Source: an uncultured Bacteroides sp.
GTDB lineage: Bacteria; Bacteroidota; Bacteroidia; Bacteroidales; GCA-2748055
Reading direction: 5' to 3'
Assembly (NCBI GenBank): GCA_964453785.1
Contig: CAYVRK010000013.1
Location: 25,370 to 89,369, forward strand
Length of the DNA stretch: 64,000 nt
A program made the position numbers and the translations under genes. Shown piece after piece: positions 16,804 to 26,584 of the stretch. Each line of letters starts with the position of its first letter. Within the stretch, counting starts at the first letter, position 1. The notes beneath the pieces are model-generated. The model ran no database searches and was not told where the DNA came from. It was given only the letters and a program-made list of their open reading frames with translations.

Positions 16804-19590
16804 ATGGCGAAAAGTATTCCCCATAAAAAAAATAACTATTCGCTCCAGTTCCTGTTTCCCGAAACTGAGAGCAACAAGCTTCCGCCGGGCTACCTTACAG
16901 AATTTGCCTCCAAGATCAGCTCAGAACATGTGGCCCGGGCAAACATCTGTTGTTTGAGCCAATCTGAACCTTCTGCACCTGACCAGCACCAGCTGATTCA
17001 ATACGTGACCGAAAGTTCCGGTGCCATGCAGGATGTCATCAGGGATGGGTATGTAATGATTTTCGAACCGGGATCCCTGGAGCATCAGGTAAATCCCAAT
17101 GAATTCTTCCGGCTGGAGCTTCCCGAACCGGCTACTGACAAAGTTTATTGTGATGTCTTTTTTAAGGGAAAGAAGGGTGTGCAACAGGGAGGGCTGATCG
17201 TCCCTTCCGATGCATTGAAATATGTGATGGCCATTAAAAATCACCGTGCAAAGGTTCATCCCGGTTTAATCCGCTTTATCCTCAACAAGGTTGGCTTCAT
17301 TGGTGAAGCGGTGACCATTCACCAGGAGATGCCAGTCGGAAGAATCTCCAAAGCAAGCTCTGTGCTTGCACAAAAACTCAGGATGAACCTGGCATGGAAC
17401 ACAATAATTCCGGTGAGGGAGGCACGGAATCCTTTCCTGAGAAACCTCTTCTTCACAGATGAACACCCGCTTTTCAGGCTGGCTTTTTTCGGCTTTGCAC
17501 TTGCCATTTTTCTGATCATTCCCATATTGAGCCTTGATGCTGGATTATCGGGCGACGATGAAAAACATTACAACCAGGCCATCAAGGTCTATAACTATTT
17601 TTCGGAAGGGGATTCTTCCGCACTGGACGATCCACAGTTCAAACTCAATTACTACGGTCAGTCCTTTGATTTTTTCACTTACCTGCTGATCAAGCTGTTC
17701 AACCTTGAAGATACTCCTTTCGAAGCCAGGCATGTGATGGTTGCCATTTCGGGGGCCGCTGCCATTTTATTTACCGGTCTGCTTGTGAAGCTGTTTTCCG
17801 GATATTCCGGAGGAATCCTGGCCATGGTCCTCATGTTCCTGTCGCCCCGGTTCCTGGGTCACTCCTTCAACAATTCCATGGATATACCCTTTGCACTTGG
17901 TAACATTTTCACCCTATATTATATCATCCTGTTCCTGAAAAAATTACCAAAGTTCAGTCTGAAGTATGTCATCTGGATAGCAGTGGGTATCGGATGGACC
18001 AATGGAATCAGGATCGGTGGCCTTTTATTGATTCCATACCTTTTCATGTTTGCCGGGTTTTACCTTTTACTGCACAAATGGCCATGGAAATTCTTTTCAG
18101 CAGAATGGTGGAAATTTTCACTTCGCGGACTGGGGCTTCTTATTCTCATTTCCGCTGCCGGATACCTGATCAGTGTCCTAACCTGGCCGTACGCCCTCCA
18201 GGACATCATCAACCACCCCTTGCAGGCCTTCAAGATGATGACAAACATCCAGGTCTCTATACGGGTGTTGTATGATGGACTTGTTCAGTGGTCTGACCGC
18301 CTTCCATGGCACTACATCCCGAAAAATATATGGCTCACAGTACCAGTATTGATCCTGCTGGGTTGGATTGCCTCTGGTTTCACCTGGATCACTGACAGAA
18401 AAGAAGGGAACGGATTTTGGTATTTCATGCTCTGGTTCACAATCCTCTTTCCTGTGATCTTCATTATCTACAGGAAATCAAATGTGTATGGCGGATGGAG
18501 GCACATGATGTTCATCTATCCATCCATGGTAGCCCTGTCAGCCATGGCCATCAGCCGCCTGGTGAAACGGACAGGCAAACCATGGGCCAGATATCTGGCG
18601 ATCGCGTTGATCATTGCAGGATTGGTCCATCCGCTGAAACATGAGGTCCGAAACCATCCAAACACGTACATCTATTTTAATGAATGGGCAGGAGGTATCA
18701 ACCATACCTTCGGTAAAATGGAAACCGACTATTACTCAAACAGTCTCAGGCCGGCATCTGACTATTTTATCGAATCTATCCTGCCCGGATTGGAAGCCGG
18801 TACGGAAGAACCTGTCAGGGTGGCAAGCAATTTTGCCATCAACTACTATTTCAGGAATCACCTGGACCAGGTGCAGCCTTTTTACGCGAGGTATTACGAC
18901 CTGGGGAGATATGACTGGGATTATGCCATTTTATACTGTAACTATATCCATCCCTTCCAGCTAAACAATGGATTTTGGCCTCCCAAGAACACCATCCATG
19001 AGATCAAGGTTGATGATGTGGTGGTTGCAGCCATTGTAGAGAGGAAGAACAAGGATGACTACCTCGGGGCTACCCTGCTTTCGGAAGGCATGAACGAGCA
19101 GGATGGCGCCAAACTGGAACAGGCCCTGCTATACCTGGAGAGTGCCGTTGATTATAATCCCAATAATGAGGTTGCCCTGCTGGAACTGGGGAATGTCTAT
19201 TCAGCATTTTTAATGTTCGACGAAGCCAGGAATACCATGGATACATTGCTTCAAATATACCCGGACTATGACAAAGCTATCAATGTAAAAGGTTATTCTT
19301 ATCTGATCCAGGCGGAGTACACACAGGACTTTTCATATATCGATGATGCCATCAGGATTATTAACCTGGCCATCAAATCCAATTATAAGTTCTATTCGGG
19401 CTATTATAACCTCGGCTTATGTTATGGCCTGAAAGGGGACCGGCCCAATGCCGAGTACAATTTTAAACAGGCCATCAATTACAATGCAAAGTTCAGCGCT
19501 GCATATGTGAAACTGGCTGAACTTTATGACGCATATGGTGATTTAGAGTCCGCACAGCTGGTACGGGAACAGTTAAACAGATTGAAATGA
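16804..19590 (+). CDS. Large membrane protein: unknown ~230-aa cytoplasmic N-domain, GT-C-like (ArnT/PMT-type) polytopic glycosyltransferase core, and C-terminal TPR repeats
   Basis: 928 aa. An Asp-rich first periplasmic loop follows TM1 (LDAGLSGDDEKHYNQA). About 11-13 hydrophobic helices follow. The C-terminal ~190 aa are TPR-like (ALLELGNVYSAFLMFDEARNTMDTLLQIYPDYDKA..., YYNLGLCYGLKGDRPNAEYNFKQAINYNAKF). Confidence 0.7.
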   Translation: MAKSIPHKKNNYSLQFLFPETESNKLPPGYLTEFASKISSEHVARANICCLSQSEPSAPDQHQLIQYVTESSGAMQDVIRDGYVMIFEPGSLEHQVNPNEFFRLELPEPATDKVYCDVFFKGKKGVQQGGLIVPSDALKYVMAIKNHRAKVHPGLIRFILNKVGFIGEAVTIHQEMPVGRISKASSVLAQKLRMNLAWNTIIPVREARNPFLRNLFFTDEHPLFRLAFFGFALAIFLIIPILSLDAGLSGDDEKHYNQAIKVYNYFSEGDSSALDDPQFKLNYYGQSFDFFTYLLIKLFNLEDTPFEARHVMVAISGAAAILFTGLLVKLFSGYSGGILAMVLMFLSPRFLGHSFNNSMDIPFALGNIFTLYYIILFLKKLPKFSLKYVIWIAVGIGWTNGIRIGGLLLIPYLFMFAGFYLLLHKWPWKFFSAEWWKFSLRGLGLLILISAAGYLISVLTWPYALQDIINHPLQAFKMMTNIQVSIRVLYDGLVQWSDRLPWHYIPKNIWLTVPVLILLGWIASGFTWITDRKEGNGFWYFMLWFTILFPVIFIIYRKSNVYGGWRHMMFIYPSMVALSAMAISRLVKRTGKPWARYLAIALIIAGLVHPLKHEVRNHPNTYIYFNEWAGGINHTFGKMETDYYSNSLRPASDYFIESILPGLEAGTEEPVRVASNFAINYYFRNHLDQVQPFYARYYDLGRYDWDYAILYCNYIHPFQLNNGFWPPKNTIHEIKVDDVVVAAIVERKNKDDYLGATLLSEGMNEQDGAKLEQALLYLESAVDYNPNNEVALLELGNVYSAFLMFDEARNTMDTLLQIYPDYDKAINVKGYSYLIQAEYTQDFSYIDDAIRIINLAIKSNYKFYSGYYNLGLCYGLKGDRPNAEYNFKQAINYNAKFSAAYVKLAELYDAYGDLESAQLVREQLNRLK

Positions 19591-21026
19591 GAATAGCTGT
19601 GATTGGCGCCGGACCTGCAGGCATGACTGCTGCGTTTGAGCTTTCAAAACACATGGGAACCCTTATTACACGGCTGGATGTGTATGAAAAAAGTGAAGAT
19701 GTGGGGGGCCTTTCAAAATCCATCAACCTTTGGAACCAGAGGGTTGACCTTGGGCCGCACAGATTTTTCAGCCGCGATCCAAGGATTAATGCGCTTTGGC
19801 TGGAGGTGGTCAAAGACCAATATGAGATCGTGAACCGCCAGACCAGGATCTACTATAACAAGCGTTTCTTTGACTATCCCATAAGGGCATTCAATGCCCT
19901 GGGCGGACTGGGCCTGCTTGAGGCTGCCCGCTGTGTATTCAGTTACGTGGCAGAGCGCATGAACCCAAGCTCCGATACCTCAACCTTTGAAGGATGGGTC
20001 ACCGGCAGGTTTGGGAAAAGGCTGTACACCATTTTCTTCAAGACCTATTCAGAAAAACTATGGGGAATACCCTGCACCAAACTGGATTCGGACTTTGCTG
20101 CACAGCGGATTAAAAAACTGTCTCTTTGTGAAGCCATTAAAAACGCACTTTTTCAGGACAGCGGGAAAAAACACGCCACCCTTGTGGACCAATTTGCTTA
20201 TCCTGTGGGAGGTACAGGGGCGGTGTATGCTTCCATGAGAGCATCCATCGAATCCAATGGCGGACATCTCTTCCTGAAAACGGGCATTGATAAGGTGATC
20301 ACAAAAAATGGCATGGTCCAATCTGTTCAGCTTGAAAACGGGGAGGTCCGGGAATATGACCAGGTGGTCTCATCCATGCCAATTTCCCTCCTGGTGGAAA
20401 AGCTCCCTGATGTACCGGACACCATTCGGGAGCATACAAGAAAACTGACCTTCAGGAACACAATCCTGGTCTACCTCAGGGTAGAGCGGACCGATCTTTT
20501 TAATGACCAGTGGCTTTACATCCATGACCCTTCGGTGCAATTCGGACGTGTCACCAACTTCCGGAACTGGGTCCCCGAATTGTATGGCAGCTCTGACTCA
20601 AGCATTATCTGCATGGAATACTGGTGTAATTTTCAAGATGAACTATGGGGTATGGGAACAGAACACCTGGTAAAACTGGCTACGGAGGAGATTGTCCGCA
20701 CAGGCCTTGTACCCGAGGGGCAGGTCGAAGAGGGCGAAGTGATCAGGCTTCCCAGGTGTTACCCGGTATATTTCAGCGGATACCGCCAGGTACTTGAACC
20801 GGTTGAAAAATACCTGGCCAGCCTCAAGGGGCTTCAGGTGATTGGACGCTACGGTGCATATAAATACAACAACCAGGATCACAGTATCCTGATGGGAATA
20901 CGTGCAGCAGAGAACATTGTTTACGGCACGGAGCATGATCTCTGGTCCATCAATACAGATTATGAGGTGTATCAGGAATCGTCGGTGATCACCAAAACAG
21001 GGCTGGTCACAACTCAAACATCGTAA
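19587..21026 (+). CDS. FAD/NAD(P)-binding oxidoreductase (amine-oxidase/UDP-galactopyranose-mutase-like fold)
   Basis: 479 aa. N-terminal Rossmann motif MRIAVIGAGPAGMTAAFEL...YEKSEDVGGL. The start overlaps the upstream stop (ATGA). Confidence 0.85.
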   Translation: MRIAVIGAGPAGMTAAFELSKHMGTLITRLDVYEKSEDVGGLSKSINLWNQRVDLGPHRFFSRDPRINALWLEVVKDQYEIVNRQTRIYYNKRFFDYPIRAFNALGGLGLLEAARCVFSYVAERMNPSSDTSTFEGWVTGRFGKRLYTIFFKTYSEKLWGIPCTKLDSDFAAQRIKKLSLCEAIKNALFQDSGKKHATLVDQFAYPVGGTGAVYASMRASIESNGGHLFLKTGIDKVITKNGMVQSVQLENGEVREYDQVVSSMPISLLVEKLPDVPDTIREHTRKLTFRNTILVYLRVERTDLFNDQWLYIHDPSVQFGRVTNFRNWVPELYGSSDSSIICMEYWCNFQDELWGMGTEHLVKLATEEIVRTGLVPEGQVEEGEVIRLPRCYPVYFSGYRQVLEPVEKYLASLKGLQVIGRYGAYKYNNQDHSILMGIRAAENIVYGTEHDLWSINTDYEVYQESSVITKTGLVTTQTS

Positions 21027-21051
21027 TTCATTGAATTAACATTACTTTTGA

Positions 21052-21900
21052 ATGAAATCATCGGTCATGAATTTTTTAAAATTTCTCATCAGCAAACTAT
21101 TCTTCCGGCACCTGGGTCTTGCCCTTGCCATCTTGTTGATCCTCGTGCTGGCAGTGCTGGTTTGGCTCCGAATTTACACACACCATGGGAAAACCATTAT
21201 GGTACCTGACCTTGCCGGCCTTACGCTGGATGAGGTGGGAGATGTAACCTCATCAAGAACCCTCCGGTTTGAGATTGTCGATTCTGTATTTTCATCGGAA
21301 ATGCCCAGGGGAACTGTAGTCAAACAGAATCCCAAAGCCAGTTCCAGAGTAAAAAAGAACCGGAATATTTTCCTGACAATGAATGCTGTCAACCCGGAGA
21401 TGGTAACCATGCCCAAGCTGGTCGGGCTCTCCATCCGCCAGGCCAGGCTTGCTTTACAGAATGCCGGGCTGAAACTGGGAAACATCACCTACAAACCGGA
21501 TTATGCGGTTGACAATGTATTACAACAATTCCACCTTGACTCCGTTATTAATGAAGGAACCGAAATCAGGAAGGGAGAAGTGATCGACCTGGAGTTGGGA
21601 ATGGGACTGAGCAACGAGACCACAAGGATACCAGATCTGGTCGGACTGGGATTGGAGACAACCAGGGATATCATTGCTGATTATCACCTGAATATAGGGG
21701 CTATTACCTATGATAAATCGATGACTGATAAGAAAGATAGCGCCAAGACCTTTGTTTGGAGGCAATATCCTGAGTATGATGAACTTAAAAGGATTATTAA
21801 AGGAATGGAAGTGGATATTTGGCTAACCATCGATTCCACCCTTCTACCGGTAACCGACACCCTCCATTTGGGAGCGGATACAGAAATGGTGAATGAATAG
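21052..21900 (+). CDS. PASTA-domain protein: an N-terminal TM anchor plus three PASTA repeats, with no kinase or PBP domain
   Basis: 282 aa. The repeats begin MVPDLAGLTLDEV, MPKLVGLSIRQARLALQNAGLKLG and IPDLVGLGLETTRDIIADYHL. Confidence 0.85.
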   Translation: MKSSVMNFLKFLISKLFFRHLGLALAILLILVLAVLVWLRIYTHHGKTIMVPDLAGLTLDEVGDVTSSRTLRFEIVDSVFSSEMPRGTVVKQNPKASSRVKKNRNIFLTMNAVNPEMVTMPKLVGLSIRQARLALQNAGLKLGNITYKPDYAVDNVLQQFHLDSVINEGTEIRKGEVIDLELGMGLSNETTRIPDLVGLGLETTRDIIADYHLNIGAITYDKSMTDKKDSAKTFVWRQYPEYDELKRIIKGMEVDIWLTIDSTLLPVTDTLHLGADTEMVNE

Positions 21901-23764
21901 ATCTGCAAAGTATTTATCGGGAAGTATATTCTGTCTGGTCACATTGTCCGGATTATTTGCGCAGGAGGTGATTACTCCGCTGGCAGGGAATCCCCTGGCA
22001 GAGGCTTACCACAGCAAATTGAAGCGGGTAAAGAAATCAGCTGCAACGGCTGATACACTTGATCTTCCAATATTTGACGATTTTTCATCTGCTTCGGTTG
22101 AGCCCGACCAGGAGATATGGAGTGATGCCAGCGCTTTTGTAAATAACAATTACTGTGTGGATCCCGTAACCAATGGGGTTGCTACACTGGATGCCCTGGA
22201 TTTTAACGGAAGTGTCTATCCGGGAGCAACTTATGATCCCACAAGCTTTGTTGCAGATCACCTGACCAGTCATCCCATCCGGCTCAAATATCCGGCCGGG
22301 GACAGCATCTATCTCAGTTTCCTTTATCAGCCCCGCGGACTAGGAGACAAACCCGAAGAACAGGACTCACTGCTGGTGGACTTTTATAATCCTGTTGACA
22401 GTCTGTGGATCAATGTTTGGGGTATACCGGGCACCGATCTCCACCCTTTCCGCAATGTGATGATTCCCATTACCGGGGAAGAATTTTTGAACACCGGGTT
22501 CAGATTCAGGTTCAGAAACAGGGCAAGTTTTCCCAGGAACAACGACTATCCTGATAAAAGGGCCAACCTGGACCACTGGCATCTGGATTATATACGGTTG
22601 GATATCAATAGATATGCTGCTGATACCGTACTCCGTGATGTTGCTTTCAACAAACCTATTCAGGCTGCCCTGGTTGACCTCACTTCCTTACCTTGGGCCC
22701 ATTATATGGAGGCTTCTTTCACGATGCTGGAGCCCACCATTCCTGTCCATTACAGGAACAACGATACCATTTCAAGAAACGTGACCCGGTCGCTGGACAT
22801 CGAAGAACCATTCTATAATGAAACCTATTCTCCGGGAGCACCCACTGCACAGGATCTGCCTGCCATGAAAGATACCGTAGTGGAATTCGAATACATATAT
22901 CCCATTGACTATAACCGCGGGGATTCAGCCCTGGTCAGGTTTAAAGCATCTCTTCGAACCGATGAATTTGATCCCAAAGTGAATGATACGGTTGTACTCG
23001 ACCAGTGGTACAAAGACTACTACAGCTATGATGACGGCACCCCTGAAGCAGGCTACGGTTTAAGGGGACAGGGAACCCGCAGTGGCAATGTGGCCATGAA
23101 ATATTACGCATTCAAAGCTGATGAGCTGGGAGGCGTGGATATCAGTTTCAACCAGTTGCTCGATTCAGTGAACCTGAAATACTACTTTAAATTAATTGTA
23201 TGGGGAGACAATGCGGGAATACCCGGAATGGTGCTCTTTGAAGACGAGGATGACCATATCCCTGCATATACCAAACACTTCCCCGGATTTATCAGGTTCT
23301 ACTTTCAAGAACCGGTGAAAGTAGATGGAACCTTTTATGTGGGTTGGAGGCAGTACAATGAGTATATGCTGAATGTGGGACTGGACCTGAACAACAATCC
23401 CACTCCCCATGTCATGTTCTACAACTACCAGGGGATATGGGAAATATCCAATGCGCCGGGCGTAATACTTCTCAGGCCTTTCCTTTACGATGAATCAATG
23501 AGTGTGGAACCAAGCGGGAACTCAGGACATTTGCTGAATGTATATCCCAATCCCGCATCGGACCATGTCATCATCCGGATCCCGGGTACAGAACAGCCAG
23601 GTGAGTTGATCCTGGATCTCTATGATGCATCCGGGCGGCTGGCCGATCAAAGGATCATATACAACAACAGGCTGGATTTGAATGGACTCCCGGTCGGGAT
23701 ATACCATCTGAAAATTCAATCTAAAGAGGGCATCTTTTTTTCCAAACTTCTGATTAACCGTTAG
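21893..23764 (+). CDS. Secreted protein with a T9SS (Por) C-terminal sorting domain
   Basis: 623 aa. Signal peptide SIFCLVTLSGLFAQ. The C-terminal ~80 aa match the T9SS CTD pattern (LNVYPNPASDHVIIRIP...LDLYDASGRL...GLPVGIYHLKIQSKEGIFFSKLLINR). Confidence 0.85.
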   Translation: MNRSAKYLSGSIFCLVTLSGLFAQEVITPLAGNPLAEAYHSKLKRVKKSAATADTLDLPIFDDFSSASVEPDQEIWSDASAFVNNNYCVDPVTNGVATLDALDFNGSVYPGATYDPTSFVADHLTSHPIRLKYPAGDSIYLSFLYQPRGLGDKPEEQDSLLVDFYNPVDSLWINVWGIPGTDLHPFRNVMIPITGEEFLNTGFRFRFRNRASFPRNNDYPDKRANLDHWHLDYIRLDINRYAADTVLRDVAFNKPIQAALVDLTSLPWAHYMEASFTMLEPTIPVHYRNNDTISRNVTRSLDIEEPFYNETYSPGAPTAQDLPAMKDTVVEFEYIYPIDYNRGDSALVRFKASLRTDEFDPKVNDTVVLDQWYKDYYSYDDGTPEAGYGLRGQGTRSGNVAMKYYAFKADELGGVDISFNQLLDSVNLKYYFKLIVWGDNAGIPGMVLFEDEDDHIPAYTKHFPGFIRFYFQEPVKVDGTFYVGWRQYNEYMLNVGLDLNNNPTPHVMFYNYQGIWEISNAPGVILLRPFLYDESMSVEPSGNSGHLLNVYPNPASDHVIIRIPGTEQPGELILDLYDASGRLADQRIIYNNRLDLNGLPVGIYHLKIQSKEGIFFSKLLINR

Positions 23765-23767
23765 GAG

Positions 23768-24811
23768 ATGAAAGAAGATCTTGTTGATCAGAATGAATTG
23801 TATGAGCATTTTCGATTCATGGCCGATCCCGGTCAGACAGTACTCAGAATCGATAAGTTCCTGTTCAACAAACTGGAGAACACCTCCAGGAGCAGGATCC
23901 AGGCCGCAGCCATAGCGGGCAATATCCTGGTAAATGAGTTACCGGTGAAACCCAACTACAAGGTGAAACCTGGCGATTCGATACGCATTGTCCTGCCCCA
24001 CCCTCCAAGGAAAATTGAGTTGATTCCCGAAGCAATCCCCCTGGATATTGTCTACGAAGACCAGGATGTGATTGTAATCAATAAACAGGCAGGAATGGTC
24101 GTGCATCCCGGGTTTGGAAACTATACAGGCACCATGGTGAATGCGCTGATGTACCACCTGAAAGACAATCCCCTGTTCAGCAGCGGAGAGGAAAGGCCCG
24201 GATTGGTCCACAGAATTGATAAAAATACCTCGGGATTGCTGGTGGTGGCAAAGAACGATATTGCACTCGCCAAACTTGCCGGCCAGTTCTACAACAAAAC
24301 GTCAACCCGCACCTATCATGCACTGGTATGGGGTGATGTGAAGGAGGAGCAGGGAACCATCACAGGAAACCTCGGCCGTAATCCCAAAAACAGGAAGCAG
24401 ATGCATGTGTTTCCCGAGGGAGACCAGGGCAAGGTGGCCATAACCCATTACAGGGTGCTGGAGCGTCTGGGTTATGTCAACCTGATGGAGTGCAGGCTCG
24501 AAACTGGCCGTACCCACCAGATCAGGGTCCATTTCCAATATATCAACCACCCCTTGTTCAATGACCCTGAGTATGGAGGTGATAAGATCCTGCGCGGAAC
24601 CACATTCACCAGGTACAAACAGTTTGTTAGCAATTGTTTCGATTTGCTGCCCGGGCAGGCCCTCCATGCAAAAACCCTGGGATTCGTACATCCATCAACC
24701 GGCAATGCAGTATCCTTTGATGCGGAACTGCCGCCCGGTTTCCAGACATTGCTTCAAAAGTGGCGTACATACCTGTCTGGACGAAAGGAGGAAGATCAGC
24801 CAATGGTCTAA
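23768..24811 (+). CDS. rluD: RluA-family 23S rRNA pseudouridine synthase (RluD-like)
   Basis: 347 aa. N-terminal S4 domain (RIDKFLFNKLENTSRSRIQ) and the catalytic motif HRIDKNTSGLLVVAKN. Confidence 0.92.
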   Translation: MKEDLVDQNELYEHFRFMADPGQTVLRIDKFLFNKLENTSRSRIQAAAIAGNILVNELPVKPNYKVKPGDSIRIVLPHPPRKIELIPEAIPLDIVYEDQDVIVINKQAGMVVHPGFGNYTGTMVNALMYHLKDNPLFSSGEERPGLVHRIDKNTSGLLVVAKNDIALAKLAGQFYNKTSTRTYHALVWGDVKEEQGTITGNLGRNPKNRKQMHVFPEGDQGKVAITHYRVLERLGYVNLMECRLETGRTHQIRVHFQYINHPLFNDPEYGGDKILRGTTFTRYKQFVSNCFDLLPGQALHAKTLGFVHPSTGNAVSFDAELPPGFQTLLQKWRTYLSGRKEEDQPMV

Positions 24812-24921
24812 TACCAAGATGCATTCATGGATATATGGATGCATTCGTCAAAATAGACCATTCAAATCCCCGTCACTATCGTTTAAAAGGTATTAACTTT
24901 ATGTTAAGACCGAAAGGAGCC

Positions 24922-25911
24922 ATGAACATTGCCATATTTACAGGAGGGGATTCATCAGAATCGGTGATCTCGGTAAAAAGTGCCAAAGAAGTAAAGCGCT
25001 GGCTGGAGAGTGCCGGACATACCTGTTATACTGTTACCGTTACAGGACCAAAGTGGACTGTGATTCATAACGGGCAGGAATCCCAGCTGGACAAGAATGC
25101 TTTCGGATTTAAAAGTCGGGCCGGTCAGATTCAATTTGACTTTGCATGGAACATGATCCATGGTACTCCGGGAGAGGACGGTAAATTACAGGGGTATTTC
25201 GATATCATGGGAATTTCATACAGCAGTTCCAATCATTTCTCGGCTGCATTGACCTTCAATAAATATGCCTGCAAAACCTATTTAAAACAACACCAGGTAC
25301 TCACCCCTGAAGCCAGTCTTGTCCGGAAAGGTATGGATACCGACCTGGAAAAAGTTGCTGAAAAAGTGGGATTCCCCTGTTTCGTGAAACCCAACAGCGG
25401 AGGTTCCAGTTTTGGTATTGTAAAAGTTGTAAGGCTTGAGGAATTGCATCCGGCACTGGATGTCGCACTGAAGGAAGACCAGGAAGCCATTGTAGAACGC
25501 TATATCAAAGGCACGGAAGTTACATGTGGGCTGATCAAGGCGGATGGGAAGTTCACCATCTTTCCGGTCACCGAGATCATTCCGGTAAATGAATTCTTTG
25601 ATTACGAAGCAAAATACACCGAAGGAAAAGCAGAGGAGATCACTCCGGCCCGCATTGACGACAACCTTACCCGGAAATGCCAGGAGCTTGCAAGCAGTAT
25701 TTACGACCTGACCGATTCCTCAGGGTTGATCAGGGTTGATTTTATCATCAAAGGAAACCAGGTCTATTTTCTGGAATTAAACTCCATCCCCGGAATGTCC
25801 AGGGAGAGCATTGTTCCCAAACAGGTGATGCATGCGGGTCTGAAAATGGAAGAAGTTCTCCAGTGGGTCATCGACGATGCCACCGCTTCCTCCCGGCGGA
25901 ACAGGAAATAA
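24922..25911 (+). CDS. ddl: D-alanine--D-alanine ligase
   Basis: The track ORF starts at 24760. The homologous start is the ATG at 24922 (MNIAIFTGGDSSESVISVKSA). ATP-grasp motifs are FVKPNSGGSSFG and ELNSIPGM. An ATG at 24901 is an alternative start. Confidence 0.92.
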   Translation: MNIAIFTGGDSSESVISVKSAKEVKRWLESAGHTCYTVTVTGPKWTVIHNGQESQLDKNAFGFKSRAGQIQFDFAWNMIHGTPGEDGKLQGYFDIMGISYSSSNHFSAALTFNKYACKTYLKQHQVLTPEASLVRKGMDTDLEKVAEKVGFPCFVKPNSGGSSFGIVKVVRLEELHPALDVALKEDQEAIVERYIKGTEVTCGLIKADGKFTIFPVTEIIPVNEFFDYEAKYTEGKAEEITPARIDDNLTRKCQELASSIYDLTDSSGLIRVDFIIKGNQVYFLELNSIPGMSRESIVPKQVMHAGLKMEEVLQWVIDDATASSRRNRK

Positions 25912-25924
25912 ATACTATGTTTGG

Positions 25925-26125
25925 CTAATCCCTGTCAAAATGGATGTCCAGCCTGACAATCATTTCATCCGCGATGAAGTTGTCCTTCTCAATATCTTCA
26001 TTTCTGATGGTATTCATGTCTATCTCGAACGAACCTCCTGTAACTACCTTGTCACCTGCAGTGGCTGTCCCGGATACCGCTTCCATAATTTTTGCTACTT
26101 TTGAATCTCCATGAAGATCCTCCAC
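25925..26125 (-). CDS. Small acidic hypothetical ORF (66 aa; may start at an internal Met to give 53 aa)
   Basis: It is the only sizeable ORF in the 199-bp ddl/lipoprotein spacer, and it overlaps the next + strand gene start by 15 nt. I recognise no family. It could be spurious. Confidence 0.3.
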   Translation of the reverse strand: MEDLHGDSKVAKIMEAVSGTATAGDKVVTGGSFEIDMNTIRNEDIEKDNFIADEMIVRLDIHFDRD

Positions 26126-26584
26126 CCATTCATCATTTTATCAGCAATTTCCTTTTTTCTGATTGGTTGCAGTTATTCAAATAAGGAAATTTACCTTGTG
26201 GATCCCGAACCGGGTGAGCCGGCCATTATTTTTGCCACTTCCAACCTGGATACCATGGTTGATCCCACGGTTACAGACAGCCTGTTGATCATTTATGAGG
26301 TTGAAATTGATCATGCGGAGTTATACTATGTGGAGGGCGGAATGGAGAATTACAGGGTTTACGAGCTGACTCCTGTCTATGATCCGGATACCCTGGTGGG
26401 GCCATTTGTGGTGACCGACTCATTCTGGCTGCAGGGGACCCTGCCGGTGGAACCGGGTGCAAAATCTCTTTTCCTCTCGTTTTATTACAGTTCCAATACC
26501 AACAGCCTGGGTGATATATTGGGTGTAGAGGTCGATATCCTTGACCTGGAATACACCATTACCATGGAAGGAGGGACAGAATGA
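26111..26584 (+). CDS. Hypothetical lipoprotein
   Basis: 157 aa. Signal peptide with lipobox (ISFFLIGCSYS). Translationally coupled to the next gene (ATGA at 26581). Confidence 0.65.
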   Translation: MKILHPFIILSAISFFLIGCSYSNKEIYLVDPEPGEPAIIFATSNLDTMVDPTVTDSLLIIYEVEIDHAELYYVEGGMENYRVYELTPVYDPDTLVGPFVVTDSFWLQGTLPVEPGAKSLFLSFYYSSNTNSLGDILGVEVDILDLEYTITMEGGTE

